From Dehalococcoidia bacterium (GTDB taxonomy: Bacteria > Chloroflexota > Dehalococcoidia > Lucifugimonadales > UBA3495), in NCBI GenBank assembly GCA_965203195.1, contig OZ241860.1:1555362-1619361 (forward strand): a stretch of DNA of 64,000 nucleotides, read 5' to 3'. The notes under the pieces were generated by a model. The model was not told the origin of the DNA. It ran no database searches and was given only the letters and a program-made list of their open reading frames with translations. Positions 54,341 to 62,561 of this stretch are shown here, in pieces; position 1 is the first letter of the stretch, and each line of letters opens with the position of its first letter. The position numbers and the translations under genes are program-made.

Positions 54341-54468
54341 GCGCAGACCGTGGCCGCGTTCCAGGGGGTTGCCATCGGGCGGGCGATTGTCGCGCTGGTG
54401 GCGACGCCCTTTGTCGCCTACACCGGAAGGGAATGATGGCTATTGCCGAAATCATCCACAAAAAGTAG
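54341..54468 (+). pseudogene. Third, degenerate copy of the module
   Basis: A 1-nt deletion before the internal ATG (54433), and a premature TAG at 54466 where TGG is expected (KKW becomes KK-stop). Confidence 0.6.
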
Positions 54469-54743
54469 GATGAACCTATTCTTGCCGACAACTACCAGTT
54501 GCAGCTGCCGGCGGCGATACCGGCATGGGCAGAGACACTATGCGAGTAACCCGTCGGGCTGACGGAAACACTGCGACTTATCGACAGAACGGGGTTCCAA
54601 CCCGTCGCAGCGGATGGCTCCGGGCGGCGCCGGAGGTAGATGAAGGCACTGGCGCATAGAGGCGCGCCGCGCAGCGGATGGCTCCATACCCTATCGGCAT
54701 GGTGGCGCGTCGGATGCCGGCGCGGCGCCGGGCGGCGGGCAGC

Positions 54744-55589
54744 CTAGCGGCGGGCAGCCTGGCGAAGAAACGCGCGGGCCGCCGCGTAGTTGCGCGCGCC
54801 GCCCCGGCGGATGGGCGGAACCAGGTAGCAGTCGGCGGCGCCGGCGGCTTGCAGGCCATCCCAAACCTGCCGGGCAATGTCCGCGCCGGGGCGGCCGGCG
54901 TCCAGGTTGGCGGCTATCCAGGCGGGAACGGGGGCGAAGGATATGCCCTGCGGCTCCGGTATCCCGACGCCGTAGAATACAGGGATGTCGAGGCCGGCGA
55001 CGGCATCGGCGAACCGGGCCGCGTCGGCCGGGTCATACACCGGCTGCGTAATCAGAAAGTGGGCGCCGGCGTTGACCTTGCGGGCCGCCAGCCCGGCCTC
55101 GGCGTCAATGCCCTTGCTCAGATCCACGGCGGCGCCGATGCAGAAATCGGTCGGAGCGCGGAGGCGGCGGCCCCGGTAGTCGACGCCATCGTTCAGCCGG
55201 GAGATGGCGGCGATGAGTTCGGTGGCGCGATAGTCATTGACCGCAACGGCGCCGGCATCGGACGCCGGGAACGGGTCGCCGGCGACGGCGATGACATTCT
55301 CCAGGCCCAGCAGCTGCGCTCCCAGCAGCAGCGATTCCAGCGCCAGACGGTTCAAGTCCCGCGTGGCTAGGGTGAAAACGGGGTTGGCGCCATACCGCTG
55401 CCGCAGGGCCGCCGCCATGGCCACCGGATTGACGCGGACGGCGCGGCCAGGGTTGTAGGCCGCCGATATAAAGTCCGCCTGCTCCGGGGGGGTGGGCGCA
55501 TCGGCGGGACGGCCGGAACGGGGGGGCGAGTAATCGCAGATAAAAGCGGGGCGGCCCGTAACGGCGTGGCAAAGGTCGGTTACTTTCAC
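54744..55589 (-). CDS. Methylenetetrahydrofolate-reductase-like (MetF family) protein
   Basis: ORF 54744..55886. GTG start at 55589 gives VKVTDL. TIM-barrel MTHFR-like pattern: FICDYSPPR, FTLATRD, VAGDP, FLITQPVYD. Confidence 0.6.
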   Translation of the reverse strand: MKVTDLCHAVTGRPAFICDYSPPRSGRPADAPTPPEQADFISAAYNPGRAVRVNPVAMAAALRQRYGANPVFTLATRDLNRLALESLLLGAQLLGLENVIAVAGDPFPASDAGAVAVNDYRATELIAAISRLNDGVDYRGRRLRAPTDFCIGAAVDLSKGIDAEAGLAARKVNAGAHFLITQPVYDPADAARFADAVAGLDIPVFYGVGIPEPQGISFAPVPAWIAANLDAGRPGADIARQVWDGLQAAGAADCYLVPPIRRGGARNYAAARAFLRQAARR

Positions 55590-55609
55590 GACCGGGGCAG
55601 GGCGCCGGG

Positions 55610-56380
55610 TCAAGCGTCCGACTGTTCCAGGCACTGCCGGAAACGGGCGATGGCCTGTTCCTCGGAACGGCCCACATAGTAGCGGATGCCTTGCACATAT
55701 TCCACTACATCGCGGGGCAGCATCAGCAGTTCGTCGCGGGGTTCGTTGAGGTGATAGAGGCCGTCCACGCCTTCCTCCAGGCCAACATAGAGGGCGTCCT
55801 CCAGCATTGCCTTGTCGCGGTCGGCGAGGTCTTTGCGCATTACCCAGCGGCTGAAAACGAAGGGCAGGTTGGTCCATTCGGCCCATTCTGCGCCCAGGTC
55901 AAAGCGGTGCGCGAAGCCCCGCGCGCCCCGCCGCCGCCGCAAGGCCCGGTTGCCGATGAGCAGAAAGGCGTCAAAGGTTTCGTCGGGCCGGATGACATCG
56001 CCGGGGCGGACGAGGAATTCGCCGGGTGTCACCCCGTATTTCTGGCGCAGGAGGACGGCCAGCAGTTGGGCGGCGGTGACATCCTCGTCGGATACGCCGA
56101 TAGGCACGCCGCCCAGGTCGGCCATCGGGCGCTGCGAATGCAGGGCGACGCTGACGGCGCGGCCGGGGCAGGCGAAGCAGAAGCCGCTCACCGGCTCGAA
56201 TTCGTCCTCCAGCCGGAAAGCGTCGGTCAGGTGGACCGGGCCGGCGTCCAGCTCGCCGTTGGCGAGGGCATTGCCCAGCTGCCGGGGCGTAGTTTCCCGC
56301 AGCTCAATGCCGCGGCGGGCCATATCAAAGTAGAAGGGTTCGGCTTCCAGGTACGGCACACGGCCGGCTTTTACAGGCAT
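55610..56380 (-). CDS. MqnA/MqnD/SBP-family protein (futalosine-pathway chorismate dehydratase-like)
   Basis: 256 aa. VPYLEAEPFYFDM, LANGELDAGPV, LPFVFSRWVMR. Confidence 0.65.
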   Translation of the reverse strand: MPVKAGRVPYLEAEPFYFDMARRGIELRETTPRQLGNALANGELDAGPVHLTDAFRLEDEFEPVSGFCFACPGRAVSVALHSQRPMADLGGVPIGVSDEDVTAAQLLAVLLRQKYGVTPGEFLVRPGDVIRPDETFDAFLLIGNRALRRRRGARGFAHRFDLGAEWAEWTNLPFVFSRWVMRKDLADRDKAMLEDALYVGLEEGVDGLYHLNEPRDELLMLPRDVVEYVQGIRYYVGRSEEQAIARFRQCLEQSDA

Positions 56381-56666
56381 ATCCTCGCCACCGCAGTCAT
56401 CGGGATGATTGACAACGCCCGGCGCGGCGCGGGAGCGTACAACCGGCCAGAGCTATTGCGAACCGGATTGTAGTGCGCGGGGGCATTGACGGTCAAGGAC
56501 GGGACGGCACCGGGTTTGGTTTCGGAACCTTTCTGCTGGTCGGGGATTATAACCGGGGCCGCTCCGGCGCAAGCCGGCTTACGGGTACAAGGTCGCCAGA
56601 CCGAAAGGCCCCCGGAGGCAGCGCGGGACGCCGGCCAATACGCCGGCACCCCGCGCTATCGCGCCG

Positions 56667-57500
56667 TTAGTCGGCTGCGCCCGGGGCCGGGGCCGTCGTA
56701 GTGGCCGCGTTGCGGTCGGGGCCGTTGCCGAACACCCCGAAGGGGTTGAGAGAGTGGGCGGAGTCGTAGGCGTCCATTCGCTCCGTCTTTTTCAGCCAGC
56801 CCACCACCAGATAGGTTAGGGGCGTGGCGAGGATTTCGTACACCGATTTGGCGATCCAGGCGGAGACGGCGGCGTTGAACACCGGCGCCCACGAGCCGTC
56901 ATCCCCAATCCAAAGGCCGGAGGCGCCGAAAGCGATGGTAAAGAACAGGATGGAGTCGATGCCCTGCCCGACTACGGTGGACATTATCGTCCGCAGCCAC
57001 AGCATCCGGCCCTGAGTTTTGTTCTTGAGCAGGGTCATCACGGTGGCGTTGGTGAACTCGCCGGTGATATAAGCGACGAAAGAGCCGAGCAGTATCCAGC
57101 CGGTTGCTCCGAGGATGGCTTCATAAGCGTGTTCACTGGGCAGGTTGGCGACCACATTGCCGGCGTCATCGGTGATTACCACCGGCTCGGCCGACCAGAA
57201 CACGGCGCCGGGTATCAGGTCGCCCATCCAGAACAGGAATACCATCAGCAGGTTGCACAGGAAACCCAGCCAGATAACGCCGCGCGCCACCCGGAACCCG
57301 TACACTTCGGTGAGCACATCGCTGATGATGTAGCCGATGGGGAAGCAGATAATGGCCGCCGACACCACAAACAGCTGGCTGCCGATGAAGCTGAACGGGA
57401 GCTCAAACAGCGCAACCGGCTTGGTGGCGATGATATTGCTGACCAGCAGCACCGTTACCGCCAGGGCGGCGATGATGACCAGCTTACCGGAGAATTGCAT
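56667..57500 (-). CDS. yhhQ: Queuosine-precursor transporter (YhhQ/DUF165 family)
   Basis: 277 aa. FPIGYIISDVLTEVYGFRVARGVIWLGF and multiple TM segments. Confidence 0.8.
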   Translation of the reverse strand: MQFSGKLVIIAALAVTVLLVSNIIATKPVALFELPFSFIGSQLFVVSAAIICFPIGYIISDVLTEVYGFRVARGVIWLGFLCNLLMVFLFWMGDLIPGAVFWSAEPVVITDDAGNVVANLPSEHAYEAILGATGWILLGSFVAYITGEFTNATVMTLLKNKTQGRMLWLRTIMSTVVGQGIDSILFFTIAFGASGLWIGDDGSWAPVFNAAVSAWIAKSVYEILATPLTYLVVGWLKKTERMDAYDSAHSLNPFGVFGNGPDRNAATTTAPAPGAAD

Positions 57501-57533
57501 GACGAAACCTCGCTTGTGGCCTGTTTTTGACGG

Positions 57534-58481
57534 CTATGGGGATGGGGATTGACCGTCCGGCGCCGGCCGGAGCTGCGCCAAAAGCTGCTGTACCCGGGTT
57601 TCGGCGGCCTGGCGGGCGGCCTGTTCTTCGGCGTGGGCGGTTTCGGCGGCCTGGCGGGCGGCCTGTTCTTCGGCGCGGGCGGTTTCGGCGGCCTGGCGGG
57701 CGGCCTGTTCTCCGGCGCGGGCGGCTTGCGCGGAGGCGAGGGCAGTTCGGGCCATCTCGTGCGCCACCTGTTCGGCAGTCAGCGCCGCCTCTGCGTCCAG
57801 GCGTTCCGCTTCCGATTCCGACAGGGAACGGAGATATTCGCCGGCTTCCGGGTCATAAAAGCGCAGCCGATCCCCATCCAGACAGACATCCAGCCCCAAC
57901 GCCGGGCTGTGCGCCCAGACTATGCCGTCATCCGTGGTGTGAACCGGCATCGGATGGTATTCGCCGTCGTCGCCGCGCTGCTCCCAGGCCATCTGCTGGC
58001 CGTAATGCTGGCCGCCGTCGGGGTCGCAGAGCCAGAGTTCGCCGGCGCCCATCCAGTGGTAGGCGTCGCGCTTGTAGCCCAGGTCGGCGCGGTAGGTGCT
58101 GGGCGAGGCCACTTCCATCACAAAATCGGGCGCCTTGCCGATCTCGCGCAGGGAAAGGCCGTAGCGGTCGCGGTAGCGGGCCAGATCCGGGCCAAAGATG
58201 ACCAGCAGATCCGGCGCCATCGCCCGGGGCAGGTCGTATTCGTCCCGATAGTAGATGAAAACGTCGCCGCTGACCAGGGCGTCGGAGCGCGGGTCAAAAC
58301 GGGTATGGAGGGTGGTCAGCATATTGCTGAACAGGGGTTCGCGCACTACGGCATCAGGCACGGGTACATCCTTGTAGGGGAAGCCTTCGGGGGGGCCGCC
58401 GCCGGGCTGCTGAAAGTCGCCGGGCGTGGTGAGGTCGATGCCGCCCGCGCGTAGCGGCGGCAAGGATATTTGAGGCGTCAT
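57534..58481 (-). CDS. Uma2-family (DUF820, PD-(D/E)xK) endonuclease with C-terminal coiled-coil repeats
   Basis: 315 aa. APDLLVIFG, PDFVMEVASPST, and a C-terminal (AARQAAETA.AEEQ)x3. Confidence 0.8.
   Translation of the reverse strand: MTPQISLPPLRAGGIDLTTPGDFQQPGGGPPEGFPYKDVPVPDAVVREPLFSNMLTTLHTRFDPRSDALVSGDVFIYYRDEYDLPRAMAPDLLVIFGPDLARYRDRYGLSLREIGKAPDFVMEVASPSTYRADLGYKRDAYHWMGAGELWLCDPDGGQHYGQQMAWEQRGDDGEYHPMPVHTTDDGIVWAHSPALGLDVCLDGDRLRFYDPEAGEYLRSLSESEAERLDAEAALTAEQVAHEMARTALASAQAARAGEQAARQAAETARAEEQAARQAAETAHAEEQAARQAAETRVQQLLAQLRPAPDGQSPSP
57597..57722 (-). repeat. 42-bp in-frame tandem repeat x3
   Basis: Units start at 57597, 57639, 57681. Confidence 0.9.
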
Positions 58482-58652
58482 AGCGAATCAACCTCCGGGG
58501 TAAAGATGCGAGGGAAAGCTGCGGAGCAGAGTCGCCCTAACCATAGCACAGGCCCGCCGCCGGCCGCCACTGGCGGAGCGGCGGGCAGCGGCCATTTCGC
58601 GGCCGGCCGGATCCGCCGGCGGACAGAGGCGGCGAAGGCCGTTCCGGGGTCA

Positions 58653-59585
58653 TTACGGCCCGGATGGGGTTCCGCCTTCCCGCAGGCGCCGCAGTTTGGC
58701 CTGCATTTGCCGGATTTGGGCTTCGGCGTCGGCGCGCGCCGCCTGCTCTTGCGCCAGGGCGGTTTCGGCGCTGGCGCGGGCGGTTTCGGCGTTGGCGCGG
58801 GCGGCGTCGGCGCTGGCGCGGGCGGTTTCGGCGCTGGCGCGGGCGGCCTGCTCTTGCGCCAGGGCGGTTTCGGCCATCCCGCGCGCTACCTGCTCCGCAA
58901 CCAGCGCGGCTTCCGATTCCTCGAGGGTGCGGAGATACTCGCCGGCCGACGGGTCGTAAAAGCGCAGCGTATCGCCCACCGCGCAAAGGTACAGTCCCAG
59001 CGCCGGGCTGTAGGCCCAAACGGTGCCGTCGGTATCCGTTTCTACCGGCATTGAGCGGTATTCGCGGCCGAACCGCTGTTCCCAGGCCAGCTTCTGCCCG
59101 TAGTGGGCACCGTCGTCCGGGTCCAGCAGCCAGTATTCGCCGGCGCCCATCCAGTGGTAGGCGTCGCGCTTGTAGCCCAGATCGGCGCGGTAGGTGCTGG
59201 GCGAGGCTATCTCCATCACGAAGTCGGGCGGACGCCCCACTTCGCACAGGGAGAGGCCGTAGCGGTCGCGGTACTGGGCGAAGTCCGGGCCGAAGGCGAC
59301 GAAGACATCCGGGGCGATGGCCCGGCGCAAGTCGTTCTCATCCCGGTAGTAGATGAAAACATCGCCGCTCAACATCACATCGGAGCGACGGTCAAAATGG
59401 GTGTGGAGCATGGACAGCGTGTGGCTGACCAGCGGCTCCCGTTTGGCGGCGTCGGGCACGGGTTCATCCTTGTAGGGGTAGCCGTCGGGGGGGCCACCGT
59501 CCGGTTCCTGCAAGTCGCGGCGTACGGAAAGGTCAATGCCGGCGACCCGCACCGGGGGCAGCGCTATTTGAGTGACCGTGGTCAT
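58653..59585 (-). CDS. Uma2-family endonuclease, tandem paralog
   Basis: 310 aa. APDVFVAFG, PDFVMEIASPST, and a C-terminal (ETARASA)-type repeat. Confidence 0.8.
   Translation of the reverse strand: MTTVTQIALPPVRVAGIDLSVRRDLQEPDGGPPDGYPYKDEPVPDAAKREPLVSHTLSMLHTHFDRRSDVMLSGDVFIYYRDENDLRRAIAPDVFVAFGPDFAQYRDRYGLSLCEVGRPPDFVMEIASPSTYRADLGYKRDAYHWMGAGEYWLLDPDDGAHYGQKLAWEQRFGREYRSMPVETDTDGTVWAYSPALGLYLCAVGDTLRFYDPSAGEYLRTLEESEAALVAEQVARGMAETALAQEQAARASAETARASADAARANAETARASAETALAQEQAARADAEAQIRQMQAKLRRLREGGTPSGP
58760..58843 (-). repeat. 21-bp in-frame tandem repeat x4
   Basis: CGGTTTCGGCGCTGGCGCGGG-like units at 58760, 58781, 58802, 58823. Confidence 0.9.
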
Positions 59586-59663
59586 CGCTAATCTCCTGGC
59601 GCCGGGATGGGCGCAATTATAACCCGCGGGGGCCGGCGTGCGCGCCGGCTCCCGCTTTGTGCT

Positions 59664-61007
59664 TTACAGCAGTGGCAGGTAGCTGGCGATTTCGTAGTCG
59701 GTTACGGCGGCGTTATAGCGCGCCCATTCCCGTTTTTTGTTGCGGATCAGGGTGTCATAGACGAAGTCGCCCAGGGTTTCCCGCAGCAGGACGCTTTCCT
59801 CGGCCAGGGCGATGGCTTCGCCGAGATTGGTGGGCAGACACCGGATGCCCCGCGCCGACCGTTCCGAGTCCGGCAGCGCCGACACATCGTCCGTCACCGG
59901 GGAAGGCAGGGGATATTCGTCCTCAATTCCCTTGAGGCCGGCGGCCAGCAGCGCGCTGAAGGCCAGGTAGGGGTTGCAGGCCGGGTCGGGGGCGCGATAC
60001 TCAACCCGCAGGGAGGTTTCGTAGTCGGACTTGTGCGAGGGCACGCGAATCAGGTCCAGCCGGTTGGCAACCGTCCAGGAGACATGAACCGGCGCTTCGT
60101 AGCCCGGCACCAGTCGTTTGTAGGAATTGACCCACTGGTTGGTGACCAGCGTAATTTCGGGGGCGTGGCGCAGCAGGCCGGCGATGAACCGCTTGCCGGT
60201 GACCGACAGGCTGAATTCGTCGTCGGCATCGTAAAAGGCGTTCCGGTTGCCGCGAAAGAGGGATTGATGGGTATGCATCCCGCTGCCGTGGCGTCCGTTG
60301 AAGGGCTTGGGCATAAAGGAGGCGTAAAAGCCCTGGAGCTGCGCCAGTTCCTTGATGACCAGGCGGGCGGTCATCACATTGTCCGCCATGGTCAGGGCAT
60401 CGGTGTACTGTAGGTCAATTTCGTGCTGGCCGTGGGCGCCTTCGTGGTGGGAATACTTGACGGGGATGCCCATATCGGCGAGGTTGAGCACCGTATCCCG
60501 GCGCAGGTCGGCGGAGGGGCCGCCGGAGAGCTGGTCATAGTAGCCGTAGCGGTCGATGGGTTCGGGTGTTTCGGCGTCTTTGAGGTAGAAAAATTCCAGC
60601 TCGGGGCCGACGTAGTAGATGTAGCCCAGCTGGGCCAGCCGGGCCAAGTTGCGCTGGAGGACATTGCGCGGGTCGCCGGAGAAGGCTTCGCCTCGGGGGG
60701 TGCGGATGTCGCAGAACATCCGGGCCACCGCGTTGCTGCGGGGGCGCCAGGGGAGCAGGGCGAAGGTGGTGGGGTCGGGGAAGGCGCGCAGGTCGCTTTC
60801 CTCGTCGCCCGTGTAGCCTTCGATGGCGGCGCCGTCAAAGCCCACGCCCAGTTCCAGGGCGTCTTCCAGGTCGTCCACGGTGATGGCAAAGCCCTTCAGG
60901 TTGCCCAGGATGTCGGTGAACCACAGGCGGACGAACTTGACATCAAAGTCGCGGGCGCTGCGGATAACATACTCGCGTTCGGCGGCATAGTTATCGGTCA
61001 TTGTCAA
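59664..61007 (-). CDS. glnA: Glutamine synthetase type I (short, GSI-alpha-like, 447 aa)
   Basis: FVRLWFTDILG, GFDGAAIEG, MPKPF.G..GSGMHTHQS, NPYLAF. Confidence 0.9.
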   Translation of the reverse strand: MTMTDNYAAEREYVIRSARDFDVKFVRLWFTDILGNLKGFAITVDDLEDALELGVGFDGAAIEGYTGDEESDLRAFPDPTTFALLPWRPRSNAVARMFCDIRTPRGEAFSGDPRNVLQRNLARLAQLGYIYYVGPELEFFYLKDAETPEPIDRYGYYDQLSGGPSADLRRDTVLNLADMGIPVKYSHHEGAHGQHEIDLQYTDALTMADNVMTARLVIKELAQLQGFYASFMPKPFNGRHGSGMHTHQSLFRGNRNAFYDADDEFSLSVTGKRFIAGLLRHAPEITLVTNQWVNSYKRLVPGYEAPVHVSWTVANRLDLIRVPSHKSDYETSLRVEYRAPDPACNPYLAFSALLAAGLKGIEDEYPLPSPVTDDVSALPDSERSARGIRCLPTNLGEAIALAEESVLLRETLGDFVYDTLIRNKKREWARYNAAVTDYEIASYLPLL

Positions 61008-61462
61008 ATCTCTCCCGGTGTATTTTGCGAACTGGCGTCGGATCCGGCGGCGGCAGGGGCGGCAACGGCGGCCGTATCGGCGTCAGTGGCGTGGGCCGCG
61101 CGCCACCGCTGCACCAACTCAATGGCGGAAGCTTCGGCGTGAAACTCCAGAATCCGATAGATTGCTTTCACACCCACATAGGCGGCGGCGACCCAGCACA
61201 AAACGCCCAGCGCCAGCGGGACAAGCCCAAACGCCGAATCAGAGGCAAACGCAGCAACCATACCCCAGAACAGCAGCACGGAAATGCACCAGAGGATAGA
61301 GGACGCCGCGATCAGCCCGACGACCGCCATGCCGCCCGAGTGGCGCCGGTAGTTCCAATCGGTGGGTTTCGGTTCCGGCGGCGGCGGCGGAAATGGGCGC
61401 CCGGTGGTTTCAGGGAGGTGGATATACGGGCCATCGTCACCGTGGTACCAAGCCATCATCAT
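61004..61462 (-). CDS. Membrane protein (hypothetical), translationally coupled to glnA
   Basis: 152 aa. Pro-rich N-terminus and 3 hydrophobic helices. The stop overlaps the glnA ATG by 4 nt. Confidence 0.5.
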   Translation of the reverse strand: MMMAWYHGDDGPYIHLPETTGRPFPPPPPEPKPTDWNYRRHSGGMAVVGLIAASSILWCISVLLFWGMVAAFASDSAFGLVPLALGVLCWVAAAYVGVKAIYRILEFHAEASAIELVQRWRAAHATDADTAAVAAPAAAGSDASSQNTPGEI

Positions 61463-61518
61463 TCTCCTACAAGCTAGCCAAGGCCGCCCCGCCTGGCACC
61501 GTTCCGTTCCCGGCGCGG

Positions 61519-61890
61519 CTAATCAATGCTGTACAGCGCCACTTCGCCGCCGGCCATAAAATCCGCCCGCAGGAAGCTGCCCAGCAGCAAGCCGCGCCCG
61601 ATCAGCGGCTGCGGCACCGGAGACTCAATGGCAATCACCGGCGTCAGGCCGTGATGCCACTGGATGTAGGCGACATAGTACGGGGCGTCCTGGACATCGC
61701 CCTCCGCTTCAAGCGAGTTGTCGCCGATGAGCCTCAAGCCCAAAACCGAAGCAAGCTGGGGAGGCAGCACCAGATCAGCGTTCAACTCGGTGGCGATGAC
61801 GGCGTCAATCTCCCGGTACGGCGGGCTGCCGTCCGAGATCTGTATTCTGATGGTAATACGCCCATCGGCGTCGACGTTCCCGGCAATCAT
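61519..61890 (-). CDS. Retropepsin-like (clan AA aspartic protease family) protein lacking the catalytic Asp
   Basis: ORF 61519..61920. Start preferred at MIAGNV (ATG at 61890, GAGGGA upstream). IDAVIATELNADLVLP sits where the family has (V)DTG(F/A). C-terminal LIGRGLL. Confidence 0.55.
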   Translation of the reverse strand: MIAGNVDADGRITIRIQISDGSPPYREIDAVIATELNADLVLPPQLASVLGLRLIGDNSLEAEGDVQDAPYYVAYIQWHHGLTPVIAIESPVPQPLIGRGLLLGSFLRADFMAGGEVALYSID

Positions 61891-61907
61891 CCTGGCAGTC
61901 CCTCGCT

Positions 61908-62417
61908 TTACCCGCCCCACCGGTAGGTGGCGCGGTAGCCGATGCGGAACGAAAAGAAGGCCCGTTCCTCGTCCACCGGGTGGCGTTCCAGCATCCGCAG
62001 GACGGCCTGGACGTGCTTGGCGTCAATTTCGTAGTCGCTGGTGGGGACATCCAGCACCAGGAATTTGCCCTTGTGCTCCGCTTCCAGATGCCGAAGTTCC
62101 GCATCGTAAATAGCCCGCGCCCGGTGGCCGATCGAATCCGGCGACGTGTCCGCTACCCGGACCGGCCGCTGCCAGTACGCCGGGGGGCTGCCCACGCGAA
62201 AGGAGAAGAAAGCCCAATCTTCCTCCGGGTGGCGTTCCAGCATCCGCAAAGTCGCCTGCGCGCGGTCGTTGTCAACTTCGTAGTCCCAAGTGCTGACATC
62301 CAGCACCAGGAACTTGCCCTTGTGCTCCGCCTCCAGATGCCGCAGTTGGGCATTGTAGATGGCTTTCGCCTGTTCGTAAATGTCGGGTTTGCGCCCGCCG
62401 GTATCAGCAGCCATCAT
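61908..62417 (-). CDS. Tandem-duplicated small domain protein (DUF5678-like, 2 x about 80 aa)
   Basis: 169 aa. The repeat AIY(N/D)A(Q/E)LRHLEAEHKGKFLVLDV...Y(E)(V/I)D...A..(T/V)LRMLERHP......FFSFR(V/I)G occurs twice. Confidence 0.55.
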   Translation of the reverse strand: MMAADTGGRKPDIYEQAKAIYNAQLRHLEAEHKGKFLVLDVSTWDYEVDNDRAQATLRMLERHPEEDWAFFSFRVGSPPAYWQRPVRVADTSPDSIGHRARAIYDAELRHLEAEHKGKFLVLDVPTSDYEIDAKHVQAVLRMLERHPVDEERAFFSFRIGYRATYRWGG

Positions 62418-62491
62418 ATTCCTCCTTTTCCTGATCCTTACCCCCGGTCGGAGAGAGTGGCGTCATCCTAGCACACCCGCTTGACGGCGGC

Positions 62492-62526
62492 AAAACGGCG
62501 GGGCCGGCTGCGTGCCGGCCCCGCCG
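62492..62526 (-). terminator. Rho-independent terminator after glnA (62562..63986)
   Basis: Stem CGGCGGGGCCGGC / GCCGGCCCCGCCG (62496-62526). The A4 run at 62492-62495 gives T4 on the minus strand. Confidence 0.55.
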
Positions 62527-62561
62527 TCCGCAAGGTGCGGTCGGGCACTGCAACGCCCGGT

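Noticed and set aside
54607-54686. 15-nt direct repeat GCAGCGGATGGCTCC (54607 and 54671) downstream of the degenerate module copy.
   Set aside because: Only two copies in a non-coding stretch, with no associated ORF or symmetry. There is not enough to call a site.
57501-57533. preQ1 riboswitch upstream of the yhhQ-like transporter.
   Set aside because: Only 33 nt separate it from the upstream gene. The sequence does not fit the preQ1-I hairpin plus A-rich tail that I remember.
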